Shown here: positions 24,209 through 33,310 of the stretch, piece after piece
Layout: each line of letters opens with the position of its first letter
Numbering within the stretch: the first letter of the stretch is position 1
Source of the DNA: Acidobacteriota bacterium
GTDB lineage: Bacteria; Acidobacteriota; UBA6911; RPQK01; JAJDTT01
Assembly: GCA_965231825.1 (NCBI GenBank)
Contig: OZ246889.1
Coordinates: 4,697,859-4,761,858 of the forward strand
Direction: 5' to 3'
Length of the DNA stretch: 64,000 bases
Notes under the pieces: generated by a model
Databases searched by the model: none
Told to the model about the DNA's origin: nothing
Seen by the model: the letters and a program-made list of their open reading frames with translations, nothing else
Translations under genes and position numbers: made by a program

Positions 24209-26914
24209 TCAACTACAGCCTGAAGTGGTCCCGCAGACGGTGCAGACATAGCAGTTTCCGTTTCGCTGCATCAGGTTCCCGCACTGGAGACAGGCGGGCG
24301 AATCCGCCTGAACGTCCTGCACCAGCTTTCCCGACGGGCTGGCCGGTTCGGCAGACCGGGAGTACTCGGAAAAACTCACTTGGACTCCATCCTGGACGCT
24401 TCCGTTGGGCCGAACCTGGTGGATGCCGAGCGTCTCCTGGATCTCGGTGTCCAGAAATCGACTCGCCAGGTAACGGACCACGTAGTCGGGAATGGAGGTC
24501 GCGAACGGAATCTGGGGATTGTCGGTGAATCCAGCCGGTTCGAAGCTCATGTGGGAGAACATTCGGACATAGTCCTCAAGAGGCACTCCTCGCTGGACCC
24601 CCATGGAAATGGCGATGGCCCAGGCCATGGCCATGCCCTGCAGCGTGGAGCCCTGCTTCGAGAAATTGACGAAGATTTCGCCCAACTCCTCGTCTTCCGG
24701 ATACATCCCCATGGTCAGGAAACCCTTGAATCCACGGATTCGGAATTCATGCTGTAGCGCCGGGTGATCCTTGGGCATGTTCCGGTGCTGAGCCGTGAGA
24801 CCCTGGCGCCCGCTGTCCTTGGTCGACAGCGGTTGGACCAGCTTGCATCCGTCCCGGTAGATGGAGACGGACTTCATTCCATGTTTCCAGCCCTGGATAT
24901 AGGCATCCTTGATCTCTTCGACCGTGGCCGAATTGGGGAGATTGACGGTCTTGGAAATCGCTCCGGAGAGAAAGGGCTGGACGGCGCCGCACATCTTGAT
25001 GTGCCCCATGGGATGAATGAAACGGCTCCCCTTGGCCGGGGTGTCCGCGCAATCGAATACGGGGAGATGGTCCCTCACCAGGTTGGGCGCACCCTCTATC
25101 GTATCCTTCCGGTTGATGTAGTCCAGAATCGCCTTCTGCTCCCCCTCGTCGTACCCCAGAGTCCGGAGAGCGCGGGGAATGGTGTGGTTGACGATCTTGA
25201 GGGTGCCTCCGCCGACCAGCTTCTTGATCTTCACCAGTGAGAAGTCCGGCTCGATGCCGGTGGTGTCGCAATCCATCATGAAGGCGATGGTTCCCGTCGG
25301 CGCCAGAAGAGTCACCTGTGCGTTCCTGAAGCCCGCCTGAGTCCCCTTCTCGATGGCTTCGTCCCAAACTTCCATGCTGGCGTGCAGCAGGTTCATGGGC
25401 ACCAGGGCCGAATCGATCTGGGAAAGGGCACTCCGGTGCTTGTGGATGACACCCATCATGGGAATACGGTTGCTTTCGAAGCCGGCGAAGGTCCCCATGC
25501 GCTCGGCGATCCGGGAACTGGTCAAGTAGGCCTGCCCCGTCATCAGCGCGGTGATGGCGGCGGCCGTGTTCCGCGCCTGGTCGCTGTCGTAGGGCAGGCC
25601 CTGCGCCATCAGGTACGCGCCCAAATTCGCGAATCCCAATCCCAACGTCCTGAAGTCGTGACTGATCTCTTCGATCTCTTCAGTGGGATAGCTGGAGTTG
25701 TCGACGATGATCTCCTGGGCCAGGATCAGGACGGATACGGCATGGCGGAAGGACTTGATGTCGAACTGCCCGTCCGGCTTCAGGAACTTCATCAGGTTCA
25801 GAGAGGCCAGGTTGCATGCCGAGTTGTCGAGGAAGACGTACTCGGAGCAAGGATTGCAGGCATTTATGGGACCGGCGTTGGGACTCGTGTGCCACTCGTT
25901 GAGAGTGGTCTTGAATTGCAGGCCGGGATCGCCGCACTGCCACGTGGCTTCGGCGACCCACTGCATCATATCGGCAGCCTTGTAGACGCGGTCGACCTTG
26001 CCGTCGGTGACCCGGCGAGTTCTCCACTCGCCGTCGGAAATCACCGCTTTCATGAATTCATCCGTCACCCCGACGCTGTTGTTGGCGTTCTGGAATTGGA
26101 CGGACCGGTAGGCCTCACCATCGATGGAGTCGTCATACCCCAATTCGATGAGCTGCTGAGCCTTCTTCTCTTCCTTGGCCTTGCACCAGATGTACTCCTC
26201 GATGTCGGGATGTTCGGCATCGAGAATGACCATCTTGGCGGCCCGGCGGGTTGCGCCGCCGCTCTTGATCGCTCCGGCGAAGCTGTCATATCCCCGCATG
26301 AAGGAGACGGGACCCGAGGCAAATCCTCCGGCGGCGAGGGGTTCCGTGGAGGCGCGGATCCTGGACAGGTTCACGCCCGAGCCGGAGCCTCCCTTGAAAA
26401 TGGTGGCTTCGGTCCGGGCCAGCTTCATGATGTGCTCCATGGAATCGTCCACGGTGTTGATGAAGCAGGCGGAACACTGGGGCTTCTGCTTGATCCCGAC
26501 GTTGAACTGAACCGGCGAATTGAACGCCGCGACCTGATGCAGAAGGAGATAACTCAGCTCGTAGTTGAAGGTCTTGGCGTCACTCTCCGAGTCGAAGTAA
26601 TCCATCTTGGAGCCCCAATCCGCGATGGTATCGACGATGCGCCCGATGAGTTGCTTGACGCTCCGCTCCCGCCCGGGGGTTCCCAGGTGGCCGCGGAAGT
26701 ACTTGCTGGAAACGATGTCGGTTGCCCGTTGGGACCAGAACTTGGGAAACTCCAGATCGTCTTGGCGGAAGCTGACCTTGCCCGTCTTCCAATCCTTGAT
26801 TTCAGCGGAACGCGTTTCCCATTCCACATCATCGAAGGGATGGATGTCGGGTCTGGAGAAATGGTGCTTCAATTGAATCCGAGATCCCGATACCTCCTGC
26901 GCCAACTTCCGCAT
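24209..26914 (-). CDS. nrdJ: class II (adenosylcobalamin-dependent) ribonucleotide reductase NrdJ with C-terminal Cys4 zinc ribbon
   Basis: 901 aa. The RNR large-subunit fold is recognisable across the protein, and the C-terminus is CLQCGNLMQRNGNCYVCTVCG. Confidence 0.88.
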   Translation of the reverse strand: MRKLAQEVSGSRIQLKHHFSRPDIHPFDDVEWETRSAEIKDWKTGKVSFRQDDLEFPKFWSQRATDIVSSKYFRGHLGTPGRERSVKQLIGRIVDTIADWGSKMDYFDSESDAKTFNYELSYLLLHQVAAFNSPVQFNVGIKQKPQCSACFINTVDDSMEHIMKLARTEATIFKGGSGSGVNLSRIRASTEPLAAGGFASGPVSFMRGYDSFAGAIKSGGATRRAAKMVILDAEHPDIEEYIWCKAKEEKKAQQLIELGYDDSIDGEAYRSVQFQNANNSVGVTDEFMKAVISDGEWRTRRVTDGKVDRVYKAADMMQWVAEATWQCGDPGLQFKTTLNEWHTSPNAGPINACNPCSEYVFLDNSACNLASLNLMKFLKPDGQFDIKSFRHAVSVLILAQEIIVDNSSYPTEEIEEISHDFRTLGLGFANLGAYLMAQGLPYDSDQARNTAAAITALMTGQAYLTSSRIAERMGTFAGFESNRIPMMGVIHKHRSALSQIDSALVPMNLLHASMEVWDEAIEKGTQAGFRNAQVTLLAPTGTIAFMMDCDTTGIEPDFSLVKIKKLVGGGTLKIVNHTIPRALRTLGYDEGEQKAILDYINRKDTIEGAPNLVRDHLPVFDCADTPAKGSRFIHPMGHIKMCGAVQPFLSGAISKTVNLPNSATVEEIKDAYIQGWKHGMKSVSIYRDGCKLVQPLSTKDSGRQGLTAQHRNMPKDHPALQHEFRIRGFKGFLTMGMYPEDEELGEIFVNFSKQGSTLQGMAMAWAIAISMGVQRGVPLEDYVRMFSHMSFEPAGFTDNPQIPFATSIPDYVVRYLASRFLDTEIQETLGIHQVRPNGSVQDGVQVSFSEYSRSAEPASPSGKLVQDVQADSPACLQCGNLMQRNGNCYVCTVCGTTSGCS

Positions 26915-27726
26915 TTTCGCCTCCCAAATCTGGTCTTACAAAAAATTACATCCCCTGAACCTCTGCTAGAATTAGGCTCGGCGGAGGGCGAGAGAGTGCT
27001 CGCAATCCCGGCCCAAGTTCAAATATTGGCTCGATAAGAAAACGGTCGGGGAAACAACTCAAACAAACCCTCGCGCGCTTCGCGGCGCAATTTAACCGGA
27101 CGAGTAGGCGTCTTCGTAGTTGCCAAGATTGTCTTGAGAACACAGGGCCCAAAATGCGGGACACAAAACGTTGGCCAATAGCGAGACAGCTCGCTCCTGA
27201 GGCACCCAGCATTTGGCTCGCGATTATTCGGAAACTCCTGCGAGCCACGGCAAACCGATGGGTGACGTGGCGACGTCACGCAAAAATCGCTGTTGCTTCC
27301 TACACACGCCGAGGGGTCACCAACTACTCGCGTCAGGCTTACGTTCGAAATGCGCACTCAGTACCCCTCGAAGAACCTGTCTCCAGCTACTACACTCCGT
27401 ACTCGGCACACAGACCAGTAAACTGCGCTAAGAGCCCGAAATCTAGCAGTCGAGTACGACATTTCTCCGATTCTGAAACTAAACCTTTTGTTTACAATAG
27501 TTTGTGAATTTACGAGAAACGCACACAGTCGTGGCACGCTAGTTCGTTCTCATCCGGAAAGTCCGGTCTTGGAGAATTGTATAGGGCGAGGGACGGTGTA
27601 GGAACTGCAAAAGCAGGCTCAATTTGACGCCGGGAGCACGAGTGTACGCTCAGTTGAGGGCCAATTCTGGATTTTGAAGACACGGGTCCCTGAAGGAAGC
27701 CGTCGGGACGGGATTCAATGGTGCTC

Positions 27727-29052
27727 CTAAAACAGCAGGCGAGCCAAAACCAACAAGTTGAAGCTGGTGATCGAGAGATACACGTACTGCTGAAAGTGAG
27801 GCCAGCCCTTCCAGGTGCAGCGTCCGACTCCGAAGACTCGCTTGAGCCACGAGATGCAACCTTCGATGCCGGCCCGGAATCTTCGCAGTTGCCGGTAGAC
27901 CCAACTGGAGCGCACCATCTCAGGGACCTTCAGTCCGCGTTTCTTGGCAAAAGCAACGTCTTGGATCCCCTGCTCCTTGGCCCAGTCCAGATTGGAGCGG
28001 CTGGCAAAACAGCCGTCGCAACTGACCTGTCGAGGCCAACGGCCGTACAGATCATGCTGGCGCCGCAGCCAGGGCTGGAACTGAGCGGCATCGTTGGGAT
28101 TCCCCCGCACGATCTCACCATCCAGCATCAGGCCGGAGGCGCCTCCGGTCAGAAACAGCTTGTGCCCAAAGACCGTTTCCCGGCGCTTCTTTTTGATGAT
28201 GTTGGTGTGCTCCTCAAACAGGGAGAGGACTTTCTCATCGGCCGGAACCTTCTCCCCCCGCAGGACCCGACGCTCGGTCTGAGCGATGATCTTGGCCGTC
28301 AAGTCCAAGTAATGGCGTAACTTTCCCGCAATGACCTGACTCGGAAGGTCCGTCCACGGGTCCGCTTGCCGCAGGGCCATCGTGGCGTAATGAGCCGTCT
28401 TGCGAGCGACCTTCAGCAGATCTCGATAGGTCTGCTGCCGACGCTTTCCTCGACGGTTCTTGATCTCCAGACACCGCCGCTTGGCCCGGCGCCGGTGATC
28501 GTGCAAGACGATCTTGTGATGACGGGCCAACCAGCGAAGCAGCCGGGTGAGGACTCGAACCGAGTCGCACAACAACTGGGAATCGGTCGGATAGGGGATG
28601 GGACTTTCCACGGCCGTGGCATCGACTCGAATCTTACGACCCCGTTCCAGCCCCTGGCGGTGGGCCCATTGCACCAGGAGCCGGTTGATCTGCTGCCAGG
28701 TGCCGGCTTGGATACGGCTGATGTTCTCCTGAAGGCAGGAGGCACTGGGGGCCCAGCAAAAGGAAAAACGAGCGAAGCGGCGAAAGCTCTGGGAGTCACT
28801 CAAGAGGAACGCCAACTTGGCGTAGGACAGTTGATGCCACTGCTGGAGGATGGCCGCGCGCAGGACCTGCTCGGCGGAGAGGCCTGGAGCCCCCTGACCG
28901 GAGCTGGCGATGTCACCCAGATCGTGTAGAACCAGATCCAGGATCGAGGGGTTGTCATCCAAGATCTTGGAAACGGCTCTCAGCTCCCGGGCGAGTCGGT
29001 GATCGGGCCAGAGCCCGGAAAGCGGAAGTTGGTTTTCCCGTTTTCGACGCAT
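27727..29052 (-). CDS. DDE transposase, IS4/IS5/IS1182-superfamily-like (441 aa)
   Basis: N-terminal DUF772-like region (LSAEQVLRAAILQQWHQLSYAKLAFLLSDSQSFRRFARF) and a C-terminal DDE-type catalytic region. An imperfect inverted repeat pair lies directly upstream of the start at 29053-29153. Confidence 0.7.
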   Translation of the reverse strand: MRRKRENQLPLSGLWPDHRLARELRAVSKILDDNPSILDLVLHDLGDIASSGQGAPGLSAEQVLRAAILQQWHQLSYAKLAFLLSDSQSFRRFARFSFCWAPSASCLQENISRIQAGTWQQINRLLVQWAHRQGLERGRKIRVDATAVESPIPYPTDSQLLCDSVRVLTRLLRWLARHHKIVLHDHRRRAKRRCLEIKNRRGKRRQQTYRDLLKVARKTAHYATMALRQADPWTDLPSQVIAGKLRHYLDLTAKIIAQTERRVLRGEKVPADEKVLSLFEEHTNIIKKKRRETVFGHKLFLTGGASGLMLDGEIVRGNPNDAAQFQPWLRRQHDLYGRWPRQVSCDGCFASRSNLDWAKEQGIQDVAFAKKRGLKVPEMVRSSWVYRQLRRFRAGIEGCISWLKRVFGVGRCTWKGWPHFQQYVYLSITSFNLLVLARLLF

Positions 29053-29213
29053 GTTTCAAGCCCTCGGTTTTGTGTAAGTCGTTTGTTTGTTTTTGTTTAG
29101 CACCGATAGACTACCAAACGACTATGACAAAACCGGGGCTTGAAAATGCCATCTAACTCCCCATTTTCCAATTACTTACGGGTTTCCGGATGAGAACTAG
29201 TACCCCATAACAC

Positions 29214-29900
29214 TTAAAGCTGTGGATACAGGCTCTTTAGCTTGATCCGTGCATCCTCCGTCTTGAACTGCCAGTCGATCTCGGTTTGCCGTTGGTTCCG
29301 ATCCGCAACCCAAGCCCCGATCTCCCGTTGCATCCCGGCCAGGCTTGGAATCCGCCGGTCCAGGCATTGTCCGCACAGCGCGCTCAATTCGATTTCTGCA
29401 ATGTTGAGCCAACTGCCGTGCTTCGGCGTGTGGTGGATTTCCAGTCGTTGTGCCAGTTGGCGAGCGTGTCGAGGCTCGTAGGTCGCGTACAGCGATTCGA
29501 TTCCGTGCGGGTTCAGGTTGTCCATGACCAGGACCACCCGCTCGGCCTCCGGGTATCGCCTCTCCAGCATGCCCTCGATCCACCGGGCCCAATCCTGTCG
29601 CGTGCGCCGCTCGGCCGCCGCCACATGGCAGCGGCCGGTCAGTGGCTCCACCTCCAGGAAGATCTGCGCGACTCCGTTACGCACGTACTCATGCTCGACC
29701 CGCTGCGGCCGGCCGGGCGCGACCGGCAACGGCTCCCGCACTTCTCCGATCAACTGCTTGTTGGTCTCGTCCATGCAGACCACCGGTCGACGGGGGTCGT
29801 AGGGACGGGCATAGACTTCTAAAACGTCCTCCATGCAGGCTACGAATGCGGCGCTGCCCCGGGGCGGGATCCGCCAGTACTTCTTTCGATGAGGCTGCAA
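29214..29900 (-). CDS. IS630 transposase OrfB (DDE catalytic domain)
   Basis: QPHRKKYWRIPPRGS...VCMDETNKQL...VLVMDNLNPHGIESL...EIHHTPKHGSWLNIAEIELSAL. The Tc1/IS630-type DD(E/D) context is present. Confidence 0.75.
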   Translation of the reverse strand: MQPHRKKYWRIPPRGSAAFVACMEDVLEVYARPYDPRRPVVCMDETNKQLIGEVREPLPVAPGRPQRVEHEYVRNGVAQIFLEVEPLTGRCHVAAAERRTRQDWARWIEGMLERRYPEAERVVLVMDNLNPHGIESLYATYEPRHARQLAQRLEIHHTPKHGSWLNIAEIELSALCGQCLDRRIPSLAGMQREIGAWVADRNQRQTEIDWQFKTEDARIKLKSLYPQL

Positions 29901-30348
29901 TTGGTTTTTTTAACGTCCGCTGCACCGTCATCACCGACACCCGCTCGACCCAGCCCAGTTCCACCACTTTCTCCGCCAACAGGCGCAGCGTCCAGCGCTG
30001 CCGTCCCGGCGGGGCCGGGGAGCAGGCCAAGGCGACCAGGCGGGCCTCGAACGCGCCGTCGAAGATCACTTTCCGCGGCGGCCGCACCCGCCGCTTGCGC
30101 TCCAAGGCGAACTCCAACCCCTGCTCCACAAACCGCCGTTTCAAGTGCTCGATCGTGCGCGCCGAGACGCCCAGCGCCTCGGCCACCCGGGCCACCGTCC
30201 ATCCCGGCCCTTCCGGCCCGCGGTCGCACAACAACAGCGCCCGCGCGTACAGGAACCGCTTGCCGGTGGTCTTGGTCGCGGCCCGGGTCAAGGCCTTCAA
30301 TTCTGTGCGCTCTTCCACAGTGAGCGTGACTCGATAGCGTGGTGCCAT
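29689..30348 (-). CDS. IS630 transposase OrfA (HTH/DNA-binding part); the upstream frame for a programmed frameshift
   Basis: MAPRYRVTLTVEERTELKALTRAA...VARVAEALGVSARTIEHLKRRF...TVQRTLKK ends at the A7 run (T7 on the plus strand at ~29906-29912). Confidence 0.7.
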   Translation of the reverse strand: MAPRYRVTLTVEERTELKALTRAATKTTGKRFLYARALLLCDRGPEGPGWTVARVAEALGVSARTIEHLKRRFVEQGLEFALERKRRVRPPRKVIFDGAFEARLVALACSPAPPGRQRWTLRLLAEKVVELGWVERVSVMTVQRTLKKPIAASSKEVLADPAPGQRRIRSLHGGRFRSLCPSLRPPSTGGLHGRDQQAVDRRSAGAVAGRARPAAAGRA

Positions 30349-30535
30349 GAGAACTCCTCCTTCCGAGTCCTCCAGCCTCTCACCGTAGTATACGAACAAC
30401 TACATGTTATTGGGTACTAGTCTAGTTTCCGAATCCAACCTGAGGGGAAGCGATTCAACGACCGTCTCCAAAAAAATTATTTTGGAAATTGAACGCAGTC
30501 CCAGCCTGAAGACAACAACGTCTCAAAATCGCCAT

Positions 30536-31225
30536 TTAGGAAGGCCGTTTCCCGAACAGCTTCGACCCGATCCTGAGCAGAGTGGCTCCTTCCTCAATGG
30601 CCACTCGATAGTCGTGGCTCATTCCCATGGAAAGCCCGGTTACCGGTTCCGGTCGGGATCGGCTGACTTCCCGGGCCAATCGGGCCAACTGGCGAAAATA
30701 GGGCCTCGATGCTTCCGGGTCCGCGGCATAGGGTGGAATGGCCATCAGACCCCGGAGGACCAACGCCGGCGACCGGTCCACCAGCCGTACGAGTTGGCCG
30801 ACCGCTCCGGGGTCGGCGCCATGTTTTTGCGTCTCCCGGCCCAGATTGACTTGGATATAGACGGAGAGGACCTTTTCCCTCTCCCGGGCGTAGCGGGCAA
30901 CCCTGGAGATAAGCTTCTCGCTGCCCAGGGTCTGGATCACGTCGAAGAGCTGGACCGCTCGTCGTACCTTGTTGGATTGGAGATGGCCGATCAGATGCCA
31001 CTCCAGTGCGGGACCGCCCACGGCAGGAATCTTGGCCGCGGCCTCCTGAACCCGATTCTCGCCGAACCGGGTCTGGCCGGCCGCGACGGCGCCTGAAACG
31101 ACCGTGGCGGGAAACACCTTGGTCACAGCCAGGAGCTGAATGTCGCGGCGGTCTCGACCACAGGACCGGGCCGTCCGGTCGATTTCATCCAGCAGACTCT
31201 CCAAACGGGATCTGAAATCGTGCAT
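30536..31225 (-). CDS. yggS: YggS-family pyridoxal 5'-phosphate homeostasis protein (alanine racemase N-terminal-like fold)
   Basis: LLAVTKVFPA, GENRVQE, WHLIGHLQSNK and a YggS-like C-terminus. The ATG at 31225 is chosen over the extended ORF start at 31357. Confidence 0.8.
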   Translation of the reverse strand: MHDFRSRLESLLDEIDRTARSCGRDRRDIQLLAVTKVFPATVVSGAVAAGQTRFGENRVQEAAAKIPAVGGPALEWHLIGHLQSNKVRRAVQLFDVIQTLGSEKLISRVARYAREREKVLSVYIQVNLGRETQKHGADPGAVGQLVRLVDRSPALVLRGLMAIPPYAADPEASRPYFRQLARLAREVSRSRPEPVTGLSMGMSHDYRVAIEEGATLLRIGSKLFGKRPS

Positions 31226-31565
31226 TATCAGCCAGTATATCCGAAGGCGAATCGGTGAACGCTCATGGACTCTCCCCATTCTTGCGGGAGTTCGGGAGAA
31301 CCGGGGAAACCGATCGGCCCGAGGAGGGCACCCCTTGTGGGTGCCCAAACCGACCATGATCTCGTATCCGTCGGTGAGGTTCCAACCGTCGCCCGGAGGG
31401 CAACCACAAGGGTTGCCCCTACGATTGGTGAAGCAGCACGGCGCGGCGGAAACTGTCGGGGCGCCCCTTTGTCGCCGCTACGCCCACCAAAGCCTATGGT
31501 ACTATGACCAACCTTTGTTTCAGGATGAAGCGGAGGGCTTGCTTCTCGACATCGGCGGAGGCCCT

Positions 31566-32204
31566 GTGGGCCGATTCATTGCACTCGAAGGGATCGAGGG
31601 TTCGGGCAAGACTCTGCAGCTGAAGCTGCTGTCGGAGGAGTTCAAGCGACGCAATATCCCGACCGTCGTGACCCGGGAGCCGGGCGGGACTCCCTTCGGA
31701 TCCCGACTGCGCCGCATCCTTCTGGAATCCGAAGGACCCGGCCGGGAGGCCGAGGCCGAACTTCTGTTGTACCTGGCGGACCGGTTCCAACATCTGGCGG
31801 AGGTGATCGAACCGGCGCTCCAGCAGGGGCGAACGGTCCTCTGCGATCGCTACCACGCCGCGACGCTGGCCTATCAGGGGTACGCCCGCGGCATTGGGTT
31901 CTCCCTGGTCGATGAGCTCGCCCGCCCGCTCCGGATTCGCATGCCCGACCTGACACTGATCCTGGATCTTGGGGTGGAATCCGGATTGGCGCGCGCCCGC
32001 AAGAGGAATGCCGACGAGGGCAATCAGGCTTGGGGCCGATTCGAAGCCGAAACCATGCGGTTCCACCGGCGGGTCCGGGAGGGCTATCGACGGCTGGCAG
32101 AACGGGATCCGGACCGGATCTCACTGGTCGACGCTTCCGGGAATCCACAAGAGACTCTGCAGAAACTCCTGGCCGAACTGGAGGAAAAAGCACTGATCGG
32201 CTAG
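31566..32204 (+). CDS. tmk: thymidylate kinase
   Basis: P-loop FIALEGIEGSGKTLQ near the N-terminus. The likely start is the GTG at 31566, preceded by GGCGGAGG. The longer listed ORF 31140..32204 would overlap yggS. Confidence 0.8.
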   Translation: MGRFIALEGIEGSGKTLQLKLLSEEFKRRNIPTVVTREPGGTPFGSRLRRILLESEGPGREAEAELLLYLADRFQHLAEVIEPALQQGRTVLCDRYHAATLAYQGYARGIGFSLVDELARPLRIRMPDLTLILDLGVESGLARARKRNADEGNQAWGRFEAETMRFHRRVREGYRRLAERDPDRISLVDASGNPQETLQKLLAELEEKALIG

Positions 32205-32250
32205 CCCACACTGCTCGCCAGGAAGGGCCGCCGGCAAGAAGAAAGAAGAG

Positions 32251-33309
32251 ATGGCCGCCAAACGCCGCGCCGCCAAGCGCAGTCCGTCCGATGGTTCCGG
32301 TTCCGGCGAATCGTCAGGCTACAGCTTGGTCCGTCTGCAGGATTTCATCGGGAACCAGGAACTCGTCAGCCGGGTGAAACGAGCTTCCCTACCCCAATCC
32401 GCCCTCTTTGCCGGCCCCGATGGAGTCGGCAAGAAGACCCTGGCACTGGGCCTGGCCGCCCGGACCGACTGCAGAAACCGGTCCGGAGAGGACTTCTGCG
32501 GAAACTGCGATTCGTGCTCGAAAGTGGCCGGAGGCAACCATCCGGACATCCGCCTCTTCCAGGCCACCGGGACTTCCATCGGGATCGAGACGATCCGGCA
32601 GTTGAATCGAGAGGCCCGTTTCCGGCCCTTTCAGGGAGCCTACCGTGTCTTCATCGTGGACCAGGCGGAAAAGATGACCCGGGAAGCCGCCAACTCCATC
32701 CTCAAGACGCTGGAAGAGCCGGCCGGGACCAGCCGGATCATATTGACGACCGCCTTCCCCAACCAGCTCCTCCCAACCATTCGATCCAGATGTCAACTCT
32801 TTGTTTTCAGGTCCCTGACACGCAACCAGCTCAAAAGCTATCTCGAGATCCGATATGGAGCGGAAGAGGCGGAGCAACGGGCGGCATTCGCCGGAGGAAG
32901 CATCGGCCGAGCCCTGCGGTTGGACCTGGAACAAACGCTGCAGGACCGGGATCGGGTTCTCACCGTGCTCCAACAGTGGCTTACGAACGCCTCCTTCGCT
33001 CAACTCTTCGAGGCTTGTGAGGAAGAACCCTTGCGCCGGGACCTCAAAAACCGGGACCGAGTTCGAGAGCATCTGGAAACATTGAGGCATCTGGGTGAAG
33101 ACCTCTATTTCCTTCGAACCGGGACCGAGTCCAGAATGGTGAACCTGGATCGCCGGGAGCGGTTGCTGGAACTGGCGGAAAGGGTCGATCTGGACGGGAT
33201 TCGGGATCTCCTATACCATCTCCGGACGGCACGCGAGGATCTGGACAGGAACGTTCAGCCTCTCTTCTGCTTCGAAACCCTCTGGTTGAAATTGGCCGGA
33301 AGGGCATGA
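32251..33309 (+). CDS. holB: DNA polymerase III subunit delta' (HolB)
   Basis: AAA+ LFAGPDGVGKKTLA and a Zn module (C-x-x-C...C-x-x-C). Adjacent to tmk, which is conserved synteny. Confidence 0.8.
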   Translation: MAAKRRAAKRSPSDGSGSGESSGYSLVRLQDFIGNQELVSRVKRASLPQSALFAGPDGVGKKTLALGLAARTDCRNRSGEDFCGNCDSCSKVAGGNHPDIRLFQATGTSIGIETIRQLNREARFRPFQGAYRVFIVDQAEKMTREAANSILKTLEEPAGTSRIILTTAFPNQLLPTIRSRCQLFVFRSLTRNQLKSYLEIRYGAEEAEQRAAFAGGSIGRALRLDLEQTLQDRDRVLTVLQQWLTNASFAQLFEACEEEPLRRDLKNRDRVREHLETLRHLGEDLYFLRTGTESRMVNLDRRERLLELAERVDLDGIRDLLYHLRTAREDLDRNVQPLFCFETLWLKLAGRA

Positions 33310-33310
33310 A

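Larger units (their letters stand above)
29200..30417 (-). mobile_element. IS630-family insertion sequence (1218 bp) flanked by a TA target-site duplication
   Basis: TIRs gtaccccataacac (29200-) and gtacccaataacat (reverse complement, ending at 30417). TA at 29198-29199 and at 30418-30419. Encodes orfA and orfB joined at an A7 slippery run. Confidence 0.75.

Noticed and set aside
25382-27037. 551-aa plus-strand ORF opposite nrdJ
   Set aside because: Antisense to the class II RNR gene. It has no motifs and its 3' end runs into non-coding DNA.
27528-27545. sigma-54 promoter-like TGGCACG-N4-TTCG
   Set aside because: The -12 element is TTCG rather than TTGC. Nothing on that strand lies downstream except the transposase antisense. 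Mentioned only as part of the low-GC tract.
26915-27726. Possible cobalamin (B12) riboswitch or NrdR boxes upstream of nrdJ
   Set aside because: Only a weak partial B12-box-like string (CCAAGACCGGAC on the transcribed strand) with none of the other conserved riboswitch blocks. No palindromic NrdR box was recognised by eye, and a B12 riboswitch is not expected for a B12-dependent RNR. Left as an unexplained non-coding tract.
31140-31565. N-terminal 142 residues of the listed tmk ORF
   Set aside because: R-rich, overlaps the yggS start on the opposite strand, and precedes the P-loop by far too much. The GTG at 31566 with a GGAGG RBS is the better start.
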